The notes: generated by a model not told the origin, from the sequence alone. DNA of 64,000 nucleotides from an uncultured Eubacteriales bacterium (GCA_900547405.1 URGL01000002.1:16563-80562), one strand, 5' to 3'; shown: positions 8,359 to 17,938, numbered from the stretch's first letter. A program made the numbers and translations.

Positions 8359-8383
8359 CAAATCCGTTCTTTCGAGTATAATA
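8355..8383 (+). promoter_or_regulatory. consensus sigma-70 promoter TTGACA-17-TATAAT for the TPP riboswitch-thiT unit
   Basis: cTTGACAaatccgttctttcgagTATAATag. Confidence 0.6.
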
Positions 8384-8393
8384 GCCTTACAAC

Positions 8394-8501
8394 GCATATA
8401 CGCTTGTCTTCGGGGTGCCGGCTCACCGGCTGAGATAGGGATATAGTCCCTGACCCGTCAAACCTGATACGGTTCGTACCGTCGTAGGGAAAGATGCGTC
8501 A
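8394..8501 (+). ncRNA. TPP (THI-box) riboswitch aptamer
   Basis: P1 acgcat/atgcgt; GGGGUGCC...CUGAGA...ACCCG..AACCUGAUACGGUUCGUACCGUCGUAGGGAAAG matches the TPP riboswitch consensus; ThiT gene downstream. Confidence 0.85.
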
Positions 8502-8514
8502 AAGAATTTTATGT

Positions 8515-8556
8515 CGCATTGCCGCCCAGACAGGTCGCAGTGCGACATTTTTTCTT
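8515..8556 (+). terminator. riboswitch expression-platform intrinsic terminator
   Basis: gucgcauugc...gcagugcgac 10 bp stem followed by UUUUUUCUUU. Confidence 0.6.
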
Positions 8557-8570
8557 TGGAGGTAGTATCT

Positions 8571-9122
8571 ATGCAATCCCACAAGCAACTTCGTGCCCTG
8601 ACCGAGGGTGCGATCCTCATCGCCCTGGCTGAAATTCTCAGCTTCCTGCCCCTGTACAAAATGCCCTGGGGCGGCTCCCTGGATCTCGCCATGCTGCCCA
8701 TCATCGTCTTCTGCGTCCGTTGGGGCTTTGGTCCCGGCCTGATCGTCAGCTTTGCCCACGCCGTGCTGCAGACCCTGTTTGAAGGCGGCATTGCCATCGG
8801 CTGGCAGAGCATCATTGGCGACTTCATCGTCGCCTACACCGTGCTGGGCCTGGCCGGTCTGTTCAAGGGCAAGTTCTATCCCGCCACGGTGGTTTCCTGT
8901 GTGTCCCGGTTCCTGGTGCACTATGTCGTCGGCGCTACCATCTGGGCCGAGTATATGCCCGAGACCTTCTTCAACATGACCATGACCTCTCCCTGGATCT
9001 ACTCCGCCCTGTATAACGCCGCTTATATGCTGCCGGACATGGTGATCATCCTGGTGGTGGGTGTCATTCTCATGAAGACCCCCGCCAAGAAATACCTCCT
9101 GGGCCAGGATCTGGCGGCTTGA
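8571..9122 (+). CDS. thiT: ThiT, thiamine ECF transporter substrate-specific (S) component
   Basis: 183 aa, 6 TM, typical ThiT pattern (PWGGSLDLAMLPII, WAEYMPETF); GGAGGT SD; downstream of TPP riboswitch. Confidence 0.85.
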   Translation: MQSHKQLRALTEGAILIALAEILSFLPLYKMPWGGSLDLAMLPIIVFCVRWGFGPGLIVSFAHAVLQTLFEGGIAIGWQSIIGDFIVAYTVLGLAGLFKGKFYPATVVSCVSRFLVHYVVGATIWAEYMPETFFNMTMTSPWIYSALYNAAYMLPDMVIILVVGVILMKTPAKKYLLGQDLAA

Positions 9123-9149
9123 CAATCCAAATACCCAAGTTTTGCAATA

Positions 9150-9188
9150 CCCCCGGAGGCTTTTGGAGCCTCCGGGGGATATTTTTTA
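9150..9188 (+). terminator. intrinsic terminator of thiT
   Basis: cccccggaggc-ttttg-gagcctccggggg perfect hairpin followed by atatttttt. Confidence 0.8.
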
Positions 9189-9312
9189 CCCTCTCCTTAC
9201 GAGAGGGCGGACCGGCGAAGCCGGGACGGGTGTGGGGCGGGACCAGGTCGGACCATGTACCACCCCTCATCCGCCGCCGCGGCGGCACCTTCCCCCAGGG
9301 GAAGGTAAGGAC
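9189..9312. repeat. multi-hairpin intergenic repeat element, copy A
   Basis: Five consecutive stem-loops (ccctctcc/gagaggg; gaccggcgaagccggg; ggggcgg...ccgcccc; ccgccgccgcggcgg; ccttcccccaggggaagg). Collinear with copy B at 19483-19620. Confidence 0.5.
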
Positions 9313-9695
9313 TATTCCTTCCAAACCGCTCCCAGCTGCCCGTTCCGCTCCTCCAAAAAGGCATCCTTGATTCTCTGGATGTAAGAAAAGGGCTCCTCCG
9401 GGTAGATGGGGGCGAATTTTGTCCCTTTGCTTTCGTGGCTGGGCTTCAGGGAAAACAGGAGCTTCCCTTCTCCGATGGATTTCACCGGACGGCGGGTGGT
9501 CAGGCAGAAGGAGTCTCCTTCCGGCACCAGAACGCCTAAATCACTTTGCCTGTCCCCGCATGATACCTGCAGCCGCCATACCGTATCCCCCGACAGGCCG
9601 CAGCGGCAGGTAACCACATAGTAGAGCCCCTGTCTCTGCACCTGGACCCGGCCCACGGTCCGCTCCCCGAGCCGCACATCCCGTTCGATCCGCAT
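9312..9695 (-). CDS. hypothetical protein
   Basis: 127 aa ORF with coding-like composition; no recognisable family. Stop codon abuts repeat copy A. Confidence 0.35.
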   Translation of the reverse strand: MRIERDVRLGERTVGRVQVQRQGLYYVVTCRCGLSGDTVWRLQVSCGDRQSDLGVLVPEGDSFCLTTRRPVKSIGEGKLLFSLKPSHESKGTKFAPIYPEEPFSYIQRIKDAFLEERNGQLGAVWKE

Positions 9696-9752
9696 AGAAT
9701 ATCCCCCCTGCCGTAACCTTATGCGGCAGGGGGGATCCTTAATCCTGTGGAA

Positions 9753-12140
9753 TTATCTCAGGGTAGCGTTCAGCTTTTCGGCCAGCGCTGCCAGGATCTT
9801 GTTGGTCACGGCCTCAGAATCCGCATCCGTCAGGGTCCGGTCGTCGGCACGGAGCTCCAGGGAGAAGGCCATGCTCTTCTTCCCGGCGGGCACACCCACG
9901 CCCCGGTAGATATCAAAGAGCTGCACATCCCGCAGCAGCTTTCCGGCGGCATCGGCAATGATCTTTTCCGCCTGGGCCACGGTGACCTCCTCATCACAGA
10001 CCAGAGCCAGGTCCCGGCTGACAGCGGGGTACTTGGGTAGCGGCACATAGGTGGGATCGGGCAGCATCAAAGAGAGCATTTTGGTGAAGTTCAGTTCCGC
10101 GCAGTAGACCTCGGCATCAATGCCGTAGTTCTTGGCAACCAGGGGATGGACCTGGCCCATAACGCCGATCTTTTCCCCGTCAACGGTGATCCTGGCGCAG
10201 CGGCCGGGGTGGTAGCTGGGGTTGTTCTTCTCGGCGGTGTACTCGGTCTTCTTCATCCGCAGCGCCCGGAAGATGCCCTCCAGTTCTCCCTTCAGGGTGA
10301 AGAAGGTCTCACCGGAGCCGTAGGTGCCCAGCATCAGCATTTTGGGCTCCTGGGGCAGCTTCTCCCCCGCCTGGGGCAGATAAACCTTGGCCACCTCGTA
10401 GAGCTTGGCGGCCTTATTGTGGTAGGCATTGTTCCGGCCCAGGATCTCCAGCATGGAGGGCAGGGCAACGGTCCGCATAATGGAGGTGTCCTCGCCCAAG
10501 GGGTTTTGGATCTTCATGGCATTGCGCAGGACGCTGTCCGCGGGCAGCCGGATCTGGTCGAACACCGTGGGAGACACGAAGGAGTATGTGATGATCTCGC
10601 TGTAGCCCATGGCCCGGCAAAGGGTACCGGCCTTGGTCTCCAGCTTCATCTCTCTGGAATAGCCCCCCTGGGTAGAGGTCTTGAACTCGGTGACGGGGAT
10701 CTTGTTGTAGCCGTAGGATCTTCCCACTTCCTCAGCGATATCCGCCATGCGGATCAGGTCAGGCCGGAAGGAGGGCACCAGGATGTTGTCCCCTTCCACA
10801 GGGATCTCCAGCAGGTCCAGATAGTTGACCATATCCTCCCGGGAAATGTCGGTGCCCAGCAGGCGGTTGATCTTCTCCGGCTCCAGCTTTACGGTCCGGG
10901 ACTGGGGCACATAGTTGATGACATCGATCATGCCGTCCAGCACATCGCCGCAGGACAGCTCCTCCACCAGCTCACAGGCCCGCTCCACAGCGGGAACCGT
11001 CAGCATGGGGTCCAGATGCTTTTCGAACTTGCCGGAGGCCTCGGTACGCATACCCAGGGCCAGAGCGGTCTGGCGGATGGAGGTGCCGTCGAAGTTGGCG
11101 GACTCGAAAACCACCATTCTGGTGTCGTCCCGGATCTCAGAATTCAGGCCGCCCATGATGCCGGCAAGGCCGATGGGCTTGGTTTCATCGGCGATGACCA
11201 GCATGCCGGGCTTCAGGGCTCTCTGGGTGCCCTCCAGGGTGGTCATGGACTCGCCCTCCTGGGCCTCCCGGACTACGATCTTTCCGGAGGACACATAGCG
11301 GTAGTCAAAGGCGTGCATGGGCTGGCCGTATTCCAGCATAACATAGTTTGTGATGTCCACAATGTTGTTGATGGGCCGGACACCGTTGGCACGGAGCCGC
11401 TGACGCATCCACTTGGGAGAGGGGCCGATCTTCACATTGGCAACCATCCGGGAGGTGTAGCGGTTGCACAGCTTCTCGGCAGGGACTTCCACGTCCAGGT
11501 GCTCGAAGATGGAACCGGCATCGGAGCCGTGGACCACAGGGTCATGATGCTTCATGTGTCGGCCAAAGGCGGCTGCGGTTTCCCGGGCCAGACCGATGAT
11601 GGAGTAGCAGTCCGGCCGGTTGTTGGTGATCTCAAAATCCACCACGGTGTCGTCATTGCCGATGACCAGGTTGATGTCATCCCCAGGCTTTCCGGCCTCA
11701 GGCTCCAGGATCCAGATACCGTCGGCAAAGACCCCAGGCAGATCGTTCTGGGTCAGGCCCAGCTCACCAAAGGAGCAGAGCATGCCGTTGGACACCTCTC
11801 CTCTGAGCTTGCCCTTGGTAATGTGAACGCCGCCGGGGAGCCAGGAATTGTGCAGGGCGGCGGGAACCAGGTCACCCTCATGGACATTCTGGGCACCGGT
11901 GACGATCTGCACAGGTGCTTCCTGTCCCACATCCACCTGGCAGATAAACATATGGTCGGAGTTGGGGTGCCGGACCATGGAGAGGACCTTGCCCACTACT
12001 ACATTCTTGATTTCGGCATCCATCCGCTCCCAGGTCTCTACCTTCTGGCCGAAGACCGTCAGGGTCTCTACAAATTCCTTATCGGAAACCTCATGGAGGT
12101 CTACGAATTCTTCATTGATCCATTTTCTGTTCAGTTTCAT
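9753..12140 (-). CDS. pheT: phenylalanine--tRNA ligase beta subunit
   Basis: 795 aa, full-length PheT architecture (tRNA-binding, B3/4, B5, FDX-ACB domains). Confidence 0.95.
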   Translation of the reverse strand: MKLNRKWINEEFVDLHEVSDKEFVETLTVFGQKVETWERMDAEIKNVVVGKVLSMVRHPNSDHMFICQVDVGQEAPVQIVTGAQNVHEGDLVPAALHNSWLPGGVHITKGKLRGEVSNGMLCSFGELGLTQNDLPGVFADGIWILEPEAGKPGDDINLVIGNDDTVVDFEITNNRPDCYSIIGLARETAAAFGRHMKHHDPVVHGSDAGSIFEHLDVEVPAEKLCNRYTSRMVANVKIGPSPKWMRQRLRANGVRPINNIVDITNYVMLEYGQPMHAFDYRYVSSGKIVVREAQEGESMTTLEGTQRALKPGMLVIADETKPIGLAGIMGGLNSEIRDDTRMVVFESANFDGTSIRQTALALGMRTEASGKFEKHLDPMLTVPAVERACELVEELSCGDVLDGMIDVINYVPQSRTVKLEPEKINRLLGTDISREDMVNYLDLLEIPVEGDNILVPSFRPDLIRMADIAEEVGRSYGYNKIPVTEFKTSTQGGYSREMKLETKAGTLCRAMGYSEIITYSFVSPTVFDQIRLPADSVLRNAMKIQNPLGEDTSIMRTVALPSMLEILGRNNAYHNKAAKLYEVAKVYLPQAGEKLPQEPKMLMLGTYGSGETFFTLKGELEGIFRALRMKKTEYTAEKNNPSYHPGRCARITVDGEKIGVMGQVHPLVAKNYGIDAEVYCAELNFTKMLSLMLPDPTYVPLPKYPAVSRDLALVCDEEVTVAQAEKIIADAAGKLLRDVQLFDIYRGVGVPAGKKSMAFSLELRADDRTLTDADSEAVTNKILAALAEKLNATLR

Positions 12141-12153
12141 TTTCTTTCCCTCC

Positions 12154-13197
12154 TCAGAACTGGTTCAGGAACCGAACGTCGTTGTCGAAGATCAGACGCA
12201 GGTCGTTGATCTTCAGTCGGCCCATAGCCATACGCTCCAGGCCCATACCGAAGGCAAAGCCGGAATACTTCTCCGGGTCAATGCCGCAGTTCTCCAGCAC
12301 CGTGGGGTGGACCATACCGGCACCCAAGAGCTCGATCCAGCCCTCTCCATGGCAGGTGGAGCAGACCTGACCGTCAATTTCCCCGGAGCCATGGCACTTG
12401 TGGCACTGCATATCCATTTCGCAGCTGGGTTCCGTAAAGGGGAAGTGATGGGGCCGGAACCGCATGGTGGCGTTCTCACCGTAGATTTTGCGCATAATGC
12501 CGATGAGAGCACCCTTCAGGTCTCCCATGGTGATGTCCTCGGCTACTACCAGGCCCTCGATCTGATGGAACATGGGGGAATGGGTGGCATCCGCCTCGTC
12601 CTTCCGGAATACCCGGCCGGGAGCCAGGATGCAGATGGGAGGTTTGGCGTTCTCCATGACCCGGATCTGCATGGGGCTGGTTTGGGTCCGCAGCAGAACG
12701 GAATCGTCATCGGTAAAGTAGAAGGTATCGCTGCGGTCCCGGGAGGGGTGCCCCTCTTCAATATTCAGCCGGGTGAAGTTGTAGTCCGCCAGCTCCACCT
12801 CGGGGCCCTCTACCACCTGGTAGCCCATGCCCACAAAGGTATCCTTGATCTGCTGGAGCACCTGGTTCATGGGGTGCTGATGGCCGATGTTGAATTCCTT
12901 TCCGGGGATGGTCACGTCAATGGCCTCAGCGGCCAGCTTGGCCTCCAATGCGGCGGCATGGATGGTGGCCTTCCGCTCCTCCAGCTTTTCCTCAATGGCG
13001 GCACGGACAGAATTGGCCATCTGGCCCATCACGGGCCGCTCCTCAGCGGAGAGCTTGCCCATCTGTTTCAGGACGGCGGTGAGCTCGCCCTTCTTGCCCA
13101 GCAGCTTTACCCGCAGCTCTTCCAGAGCCGCCGGAGTCGCCGCATCCTCCAGGGCCGCCAGGGCCTGCTGGCGAATGCTTTCCAGTTGTTCTTTCAT
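12154..13197 (-). CDS. pheS: phenylalanine--tRNA ligase alpha subunit
   Basis: 347 aa from MKEQLESIRQQA (GGAGGA SD before ATG 13197); class II aaRS motifs. Confidence 0.9.
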   Translation of the reverse strand: MKEQLESIRQQALAALEDAATPAALEELRVKLLGKKGELTAVLKQMGKLSAEERPVMGQMANSVRAAIEEKLEERKATIHAAALEAKLAAEAIDVTIPGKEFNIGHQHPMNQVLQQIKDTFVGMGYQVVEGPEVELADYNFTRLNIEEGHPSRDRSDTFYFTDDDSVLLRTQTSPMQIRVMENAKPPICILAPGRVFRKDEADATHSPMFHQIEGLVVAEDITMGDLKGALIGIMRKIYGENATMRFRPHHFPFTEPSCEMDMQCHKCHGSGEIDGQVCSTCHGEGWIELLGAGMVHPTVLENCGIDPEKYSGFAFGMGLERMAMGRLKINDLRLIFDNDVRFLNQF

Positions 13198-13510
13198 AAA
13201 TTTCTCCTCCTGAATAGAAAGGTGTTTATGGTATAAAAAAAGCCCATCATCCCACACTCCCGGGACGAAAGGCATTCCTTCCGCGGTACCACCCGCACTT
13301 TGCCGACAAAACGGCACACTCTTCGGACGCAGACACGCCCAAGACGGATAACGGCGTCACCCGACCGCTCCTACTTTGGTTCCCCGTTCAGGCGGCGGCT
13401 CCTGGGAGAAGGCCCGCACCGTTGCACGTAAGCGGATCCCACCATCCCGCTCTCTCTGAAATCGCAAACCAACAGGGGGCAGCCCATTCGCAGCTTTTGG
13501 ATATGACAGG
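13198..13510 (-). ncRNA. T-box leader (tRNA-Phe sensing riboswitch) of pheST
   Basis: Minus strand carries AGUGCGGGUGGUACCGCGGAAGG (T-box consensus AAnnnGGGUGGnACCGCGG), an AGAGAG/GA stem I motif, a UUC-containing candidate specifier region, and a terminator ending GGGCUUUUUUUAUAC before the SD. Confidence 0.7.
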
Positions 13511-13513
13511 GGT

Positions 13514-13543
13514 ATCATAGCACATCTTCTGTCCTTTTGCAAG
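13514..13543 (-). promoter_or_regulatory. sigma-70 promoter TTGCAA-17-TATGAT for the pheST leader
   Basis: Minus strand TTGCAAaaggacagaagatgtgcTATGATaccc. Confidence 0.5.
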
Positions 13544-13617
13544 GATTTTCTTTGCTTGACTCCGCCCCTTTCCCGTGCTATGGTAGCATCGGAATACAAA
13601 GGAAAGGACGATTCCCT

Positions 13618-15126
13618 ATGGCATACACAAGTTTATCCCAAGCTCTGGAGGATTTTGACAAGCTCCAGAAAACCTTAGCCGCCTACAACCACGCCGCCGG
13701 CGTTCTGGAATTGGACGCCTCCACCGCCGCCCCTGAGGGCTCCTGGGAGGGCCGGGGACAGACCATGGAGATTCTCTCCGGGCTGACCTACCAGCTCACC
13801 GCCGACCCCAAAAACGGAGAACTCTACCGGTATCTTTCGGACCACCTGGAGGAACTGACGCCCCTGCAGGCCCGGGAGCTGGAGGTCCTCAAAAAGGACT
13901 ACGACCGGATGCAGCGGATCCCTGCCCAGGAATACATCCGCCACACGGTTCTTCTGAACGAGGCCCAGGCAGCCTGGCACAAGGCCAAGCCCGCCAATGA
14001 TTTTGCCTCCTTCGCCCCCTATCTGGAAAAAATCGTGGCCGACTGCCGGAAATTCGCCGGGTACTATAATCCGGACATGGACCCCTACGATGCCCTGCTG
14101 AACGAATTTGAAGAGGGCCTGAACCAGAAGACCCTGGACCCCTTCTTTGCCCAGCTCCGGCAGGCCATTGTACCCCTGGTGGAAAAAATCCAGGCCGCAC
14201 CCCAAATGGATGACAGCTTTTTGACGAAAGAGTACCCGGTGGCCCAGCAGCGGGAATTCTCTGACTATCTGATGGAGGTCATGGGTCTGGACCGGAAATA
14301 CTGCGGCATTGCCGAAACCGAGCACCCATTCACCACCAACTTCAACAACCGGGACGTGCGGATCACCACCCACTATCTTCCCCATAGCCTGGCGTCCAAT
14401 ATGTACTCCGTGATCCACGAGGGGGGACACGCCCTGTATGAGCTGGGCTGCGACGACTGCTACAACTACACCGTCCTTTCCGGCGGCGTATCCATGGGCA
14501 TCCACGAGAGCCAGAGCCGGTTTTACGAGAATATCATCGGCCGTTCCCCGGCCTTTGTCCATGCCATTTTCCCCTATGTGAAGGAGCACTTCCCCCAGCA
14601 GCTGGAAAACGTCACCGAGGAGATGTTCTACCGGGCCGTCAACAAAGCCCAGCCCAGCCTCATCCGCACCGAGGCGGACGAACTGACCTACTGCCTGCAC
14701 ATCATGGTCCGCTATGAGCTGGAAAAGCGGCTCATTGCCGGGACCCTGGCCATACAGGACCTGCCGGAAGCCTGGAACAAGCTCTACAAGGAGTATCTGG
14801 GCCTGGATGTGCCCAACGACAGGGAGGGCTGCCTTCAGGACTCCCACTGGTCCTTCGGCGGCATTGGCTATTTCCCCAGCTACGCCCTTGGCAGCGCCTA
14901 CGGAGCCCAGATGCTCAGCGTCATGGAACAGGATCTGGGGGATGTATTCGGTCCCGTCGCCAACGGTGACCTGAGTCAGGTCACCCAATGGCTCCGGGCC
15001 CATATCCACCGCTACGCCAGCTTCCGCAAGCCCGGTGCCCTCTTCCGGGAGGTCTGCGGGGAGTTCGACCCCAAGTATTACACCGACTACCTGACGAAGA
15101 AGTACACCGCGCTCTATGGGCTGTAA
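13618..15126 (+). CDS. M32-family carboxypeptidase (Taq-like, HEGGH zinc motif)
   Basis: 502 aa; HEGGHALYE HExxH variant diagnostic of M32, also HESQSRF and IRTEADELTY blocks. Confidence 0.85.
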   Translation: MAYTSLSQALEDFDKLQKTLAAYNHAAGVLELDASTAAPEGSWEGRGQTMEILSGLTYQLTADPKNGELYRYLSDHLEELTPLQARELEVLKKDYDRMQRIPAQEYIRHTVLLNEAQAAWHKAKPANDFASFAPYLEKIVADCRKFAGYYNPDMDPYDALLNEFEEGLNQKTLDPFFAQLRQAIVPLVEKIQAAPQMDDSFLTKEYPVAQQREFSDYLMEVMGLDRKYCGIAETEHPFTTNFNNRDVRITTHYLPHSLASNMYSVIHEGGHALYELGCDDCYNYTVLSGGVSMGIHESQSRFYENIIGRSPAFVHAIFPYVKEHFPQQLENVTEEMFYRAVNKAQPSLIRTEADELTYCLHIMVRYELEKRLIAGTLAIQDLPEAWNKLYKEYLGLDVPNDREGCLQDSHWSFGGIGYFPSYALGSAYGAQMLSVMEQDLGDVFGPVANGDLSQVTQWLRAHIHRYASFRKPGALFREVCGEFDPKYYTDYLTKKYTALYGL

Positions 15127-15127
15127 T

Positions 15128-15976
15128 ATGGATATCCGGGAATTGGATCTACCGCAGGTGCGTTCTCTTCTCCCCCAGCGGAATGACAATGCCCACAAGG
15201 GTGACTTCGGGCATCTTTTGCTGCTGTGCGGCAGCCGGGGCTTTACGGGGGCCGCCTGGTTCGCGGCCATGGGTGCTCTCCGGGCCGGGGCAGGCCTTGT
15301 ATACCTGGGGGTGCCGGAGAGCATCTATGCCATTGAGGCCGTGAAGCTCAACGAGCCTGTGATCTTTCCCCTGCCGGAGAAGGACGGGATGCTCAGCGAA
15401 GATGCCCTCCCGCAGATCCTGGAACGGCTCTCCAAAATGGACGCCCTGCTCATCGGCCCCGGCCTGGGGCAAAGCCCAGGGACCTTCCGGGTGCTGACTG
15501 CCTTGCTTGAAAATGCCCGGTGCCCGGCGGTGGTGGATGCTGACGGCATAAATCTGCTTGCCGGGCATATGGATGTGTTACACGGAAGGGCTTGGCCCAC
15601 AGTGCTGACACCCCACGATGGGGAGTTTGCCCGTCTCTTCGGCCCCGTGGGGGAGGACCGGATGGCCTCCGCCCAAAGGGCAGCCCGGGAAAGCGGATCC
15701 ATTGTCCTGCTAAAAGGCCACCGGACCTGCATTACCGACGGAATAACTGCCTACCGCAACACCACCGGCAATCCCGGCATGGCCGTTGGCGGCAGCGGAG
15801 ACGTGCTGGCAGGGATCCTGGTTGGGCTTCTGGGCCAGGGTCTTGCGCCCTTAGAAGCCGCCGCCTGTGCCGCCTGGCTCCACGGCAGCGCCGGGGACGC
15901 CTGCGCGGAGCGGCTGGGACAATACGCCATGCTCCCCACCGATCTATTGGAGGCTCTTCCGCAGTTTCTGAAATAA
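15128..15976 (+). CDS. nnrD: ADP-dependent NAD(P)H-hydrate dehydratase (YjeF C-terminal / Nnr2 family)
   Basis: ~283 aa; GDFGHLLLLCGSRGFTGAA, GPGLG and GGSGDVLAGIL motifs of carbohydrate-kinase-like NnrD. Confidence 0.75.
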   Translation: MDIRELDLPQVRSLLPQRNDNAHKGDFGHLLLLCGSRGFTGAAWFAAMGALRAGAGLVYLGVPESIYAIEAVKLNEPVIFPLPEKDGMLSEDALPQILERLSKMDALLIGPGLGQSPGTFRVLTALLENARCPAVVDADGINLLAGHMDVLHGRAWPTVLTPHDGEFARLFGPVGEDRMASAQRAARESGSIVLLKGHRTCITDGITAYRNTTGNPGMAVGGSGDVLAGILVGLLGQGLAPLEAAACAAWLHGSAGDACAERLGQYAMLPTDLLEALPQFLK

Positions 15977-15982
15977 GGCGGG

Positions 15983-16555
15983 ATGCGTTTGAAGCGAATC
16001 TGGGCTCTACTGATTTTCTGTCTCCTCCTTTCCGGCTGTAAAAGTGAGGAGGATGCCGCCATGTCCCTGCGGCAGCGGGTTTTGAAAGCCCATCATCTTC
16101 AATTTCAGGCGGAAATCACAGCGGACTATGGGGACACGCTATCCGTTTTCACCCTGGACTGCCAGGCCTCTTCTCAAGGGGACGTGACCTTCCAGGTCCT
16201 GGCTCCGGAGAGCATTGCAGGCATTGCGGGAACCATCCAAGCAGGAAAAGGGGCCCTGACCTTTGATGGGACGGCCCTTTTCTTTCCCCTGCTGGCAGAC
16301 GGTCAGCTCTCCCCTGTCAGCGCCCCCTGGCTCTTTCTTCGGGTCCTTCGGGGCGGAAATCTTCTATCCCAGGGAGCCGAGGGAGAGCTGACCCGGCTGA
16401 CCTTCCGGGACGGCTTCCGGGAGGAGGACCTTTTGGCAGATGTGTGGCTGAATGCCGACGGTATCCCGGTCCGAGCCGAATTTCTCCACAAGGGCAGTAA
16501 AATACTGTCGGTCGATCTCCCTTCCTTCCGAACAGAGTCGGATCCCGGCGCATAG
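15983..16555 (+). CDS. putative lipoprotein (unknown function)
   Basis: Signal peptide with lipobox LLSGC; 190 aa; no family recognised. Confidence 0.5.
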   Translation: MRLKRIWALLIFCLLLSGCKSEEDAAMSLRQRVLKAHHLQFQAEITADYGDTLSVFTLDCQASSQGDVTFQVLAPESIAGIAGTIQAGKGALTFDGTALFFPLLADGQLSPVSAPWLFLRVLRGGNLLSQGAEGELTRLTFRDGFREEDLLADVWLNADGIPVRAEFLHKGSKILSVDLPSFRTESDPGA

Positions 16556-16671
16556 AATGGGGCAAAGCAAGGTATATTTTCCGCCCCAGCGTGGGAAACT
16601 ACTGTCAGCCGCGTTACATAAGAGCCTTTCGTAGCGCGGTCCAAAACGAACAGCACGGAGTGTGAATCGAT

Positions 16672-17034
16672 ATGGACAGCACAGTCAGACGCGGTGACAT
16701 CTTTTATGCCGACCTGTCACCGGTGGTGGGCAGCGAACAGGGCGGCACCCGTCCGGTGCTCATCGTACAAAACGACACCGGCAACCGCCACTCCCCCACG
16801 GTCATTGCCGCTGCCATCACCAGCCAGACGGGAAAAGCCCGTCTTCCCACCCACATCAACATCGCCGGCGGCAGCGTAGGCCTCAGCAAGGATTCCGTGA
16901 TCCTCCTGGAGCAGATCCGCACCATCGACAAGCGCCGTCTCCGGGAACATATGGGCAGACTGGACGATAAACAGATGTCCATGGTGGATGACGCCATCGC
17001 CGTGAGCTTCGGACTGCCGGAGAGTCGGAGTTAG
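16672..17034 (+). CDS. mazF: MazF/PemK-family endoribonuclease (EndoA/NdoA ortholog)
   Basis: 120 aa; [54 protein letters not shown]...[17 protein letters not shown] is near-collinear with B. subtilis EndoA. GGAGTG SD. Confidence 0.85.
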   Translation: MDSTVRRGDIFYADLSPVVGSEQGGTRPVLIVQNDTGNRHSPTVIAAAITSQTGKARLPTHINIAGGSVGLSKDSVILLEQIRTIDKRRLREHMGRLDDKQMSMVDDAIAVSFGLPESRS

Positions 17035-17101
17035 TTTTCTCTTCCCTCCAGCCAAAGGAGAGCAATCCCTGCCTTCTCCAAGCAGGAGAGGGCAGGGTTG
17101 T

Positions 17102-17938
17102 TTACCTTTGGCTGACCTGTATCCCAGAAGCTGTGCTTATGATCCGAACATCTCCATTCACGGTCTCATACACTTTACAGCCCAGGCTCTCCAGGGCCGC
17201 CAGGGTCTCCGCATCCGCCGGATTTTTATTGGAGCAGGTGATGGCGGCGGTTTTCATGCCCAGGGCCTGGAAATATTCCGGCAGGGCGCTGTTGTACCGG
17301 CCGTGGTGAGGGACTTTCAAAAAATCACAGGAGGTCACGCCTGCGGACAGCAGATCCTGGATCCTCTGCTTTTCCACATCCCCGGCGAAGAGGAGGCGGT
17401 TTCCTTCGTGGGTAATATACACCAGGAGGGAGGCGTTGTTGTCCCCATTCTTGGCGTAGGCCCTTCCGCCGGTGCCCAGGACGGTGAGGCTTGCCGTCCC
17501 CAGGGCCAATTCCAGTTTGTCACTGACCTTTGTCACCGCCACGCCGCATTGTTCCAGAGCCTGACGGTAGGACACATAGGCCTCCGCCTCCGGGTTTTCC
17601 GGGGTGTAGTCCGGCTCAATGACCCTGTCCACCGTAACGGCTTCCAGGATCTGGGCCGCGCCGCCTACATGGTCCTTATCGAAATGAGAGATGATCAGGG
17701 CATCCAGATGATCCACATTCTTTTCCTTCAGCGCCTCCAGAATTCTGGGGGCGTTTTCCGCTTCACCGGTATCGATCATGTAGCTGGTCTCTCCCTCCTG
17801 AAAGAGGGTGCAGTCCGCCTTGCCGATTTTCAGAATGTCTGCTGTCAGGGTACTGCCCTGCTCCTGGGCTTCACAGCCGGTGAACAGGGAGAGAATCAGG
17901 CTGGCCAGCAGGAGCCAGCAGAAAAAGCGCCGTCTCAT
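17102..17938 (-). CDS. MBL-fold metallo-hydrolase lipoprotein (ComEC-type lactamase_B domain)
   Basis: Lipobox LFTGC; HFDKDH metal-binding motif; 278 aa. Confidence 0.7.
   Translation of the reverse strand: MRRRFFCWLLLASLILSLFTGCEAQEQGSTLTADILKIGKADCTLFQEGETSYMIDTGEAENAPRILEALKEKNVDHLDALIISHFDKDHVGGAAQILEAVTVDRVIEPDYTPENPEAEAYVSYRQALEQCGVAVTKVSDKLELALGTASLTVLGTGGRAYAKNGDNNASLLVYITHEGNRLLFAGDVEKQRIQDLLSAGVTSCDFLKVPHHGRYNSALPEYFQALGMKTAAITCSNKNPADAETLAALESLGCKVYETVNGDVRIISTASGIQVSQR

Noticed and set aside
9070-9621. Short ORFs (80-84 aa) reading through repeat element A and the neighbouring hypothetical gene
   Set aside because: Pro/Arg/Gly-rich translations of the GC-rich hairpin repeat; no start signals. 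The region is better explained as a structured repeat.
10146-13236. Long plus-strand ORFs (687 aa and 462 aa) antisense to pheT and pheS
   Set aside because: Ala/Gly/Arg/Pro-rich low-complexity translations typical of GC-rich antisense frames. The sense-strand products are unambiguous PheT/PheS.
13675-15324. 549 aa minus-strand ORF overlapping the M32 carboxypeptidase and Nnr genes
   Set aside because: Antisense shadow ORF in high-GC DNA (Gly/Pro/Ala/Val-rich). No start context. The sense strand encodes well-supported enzymes.
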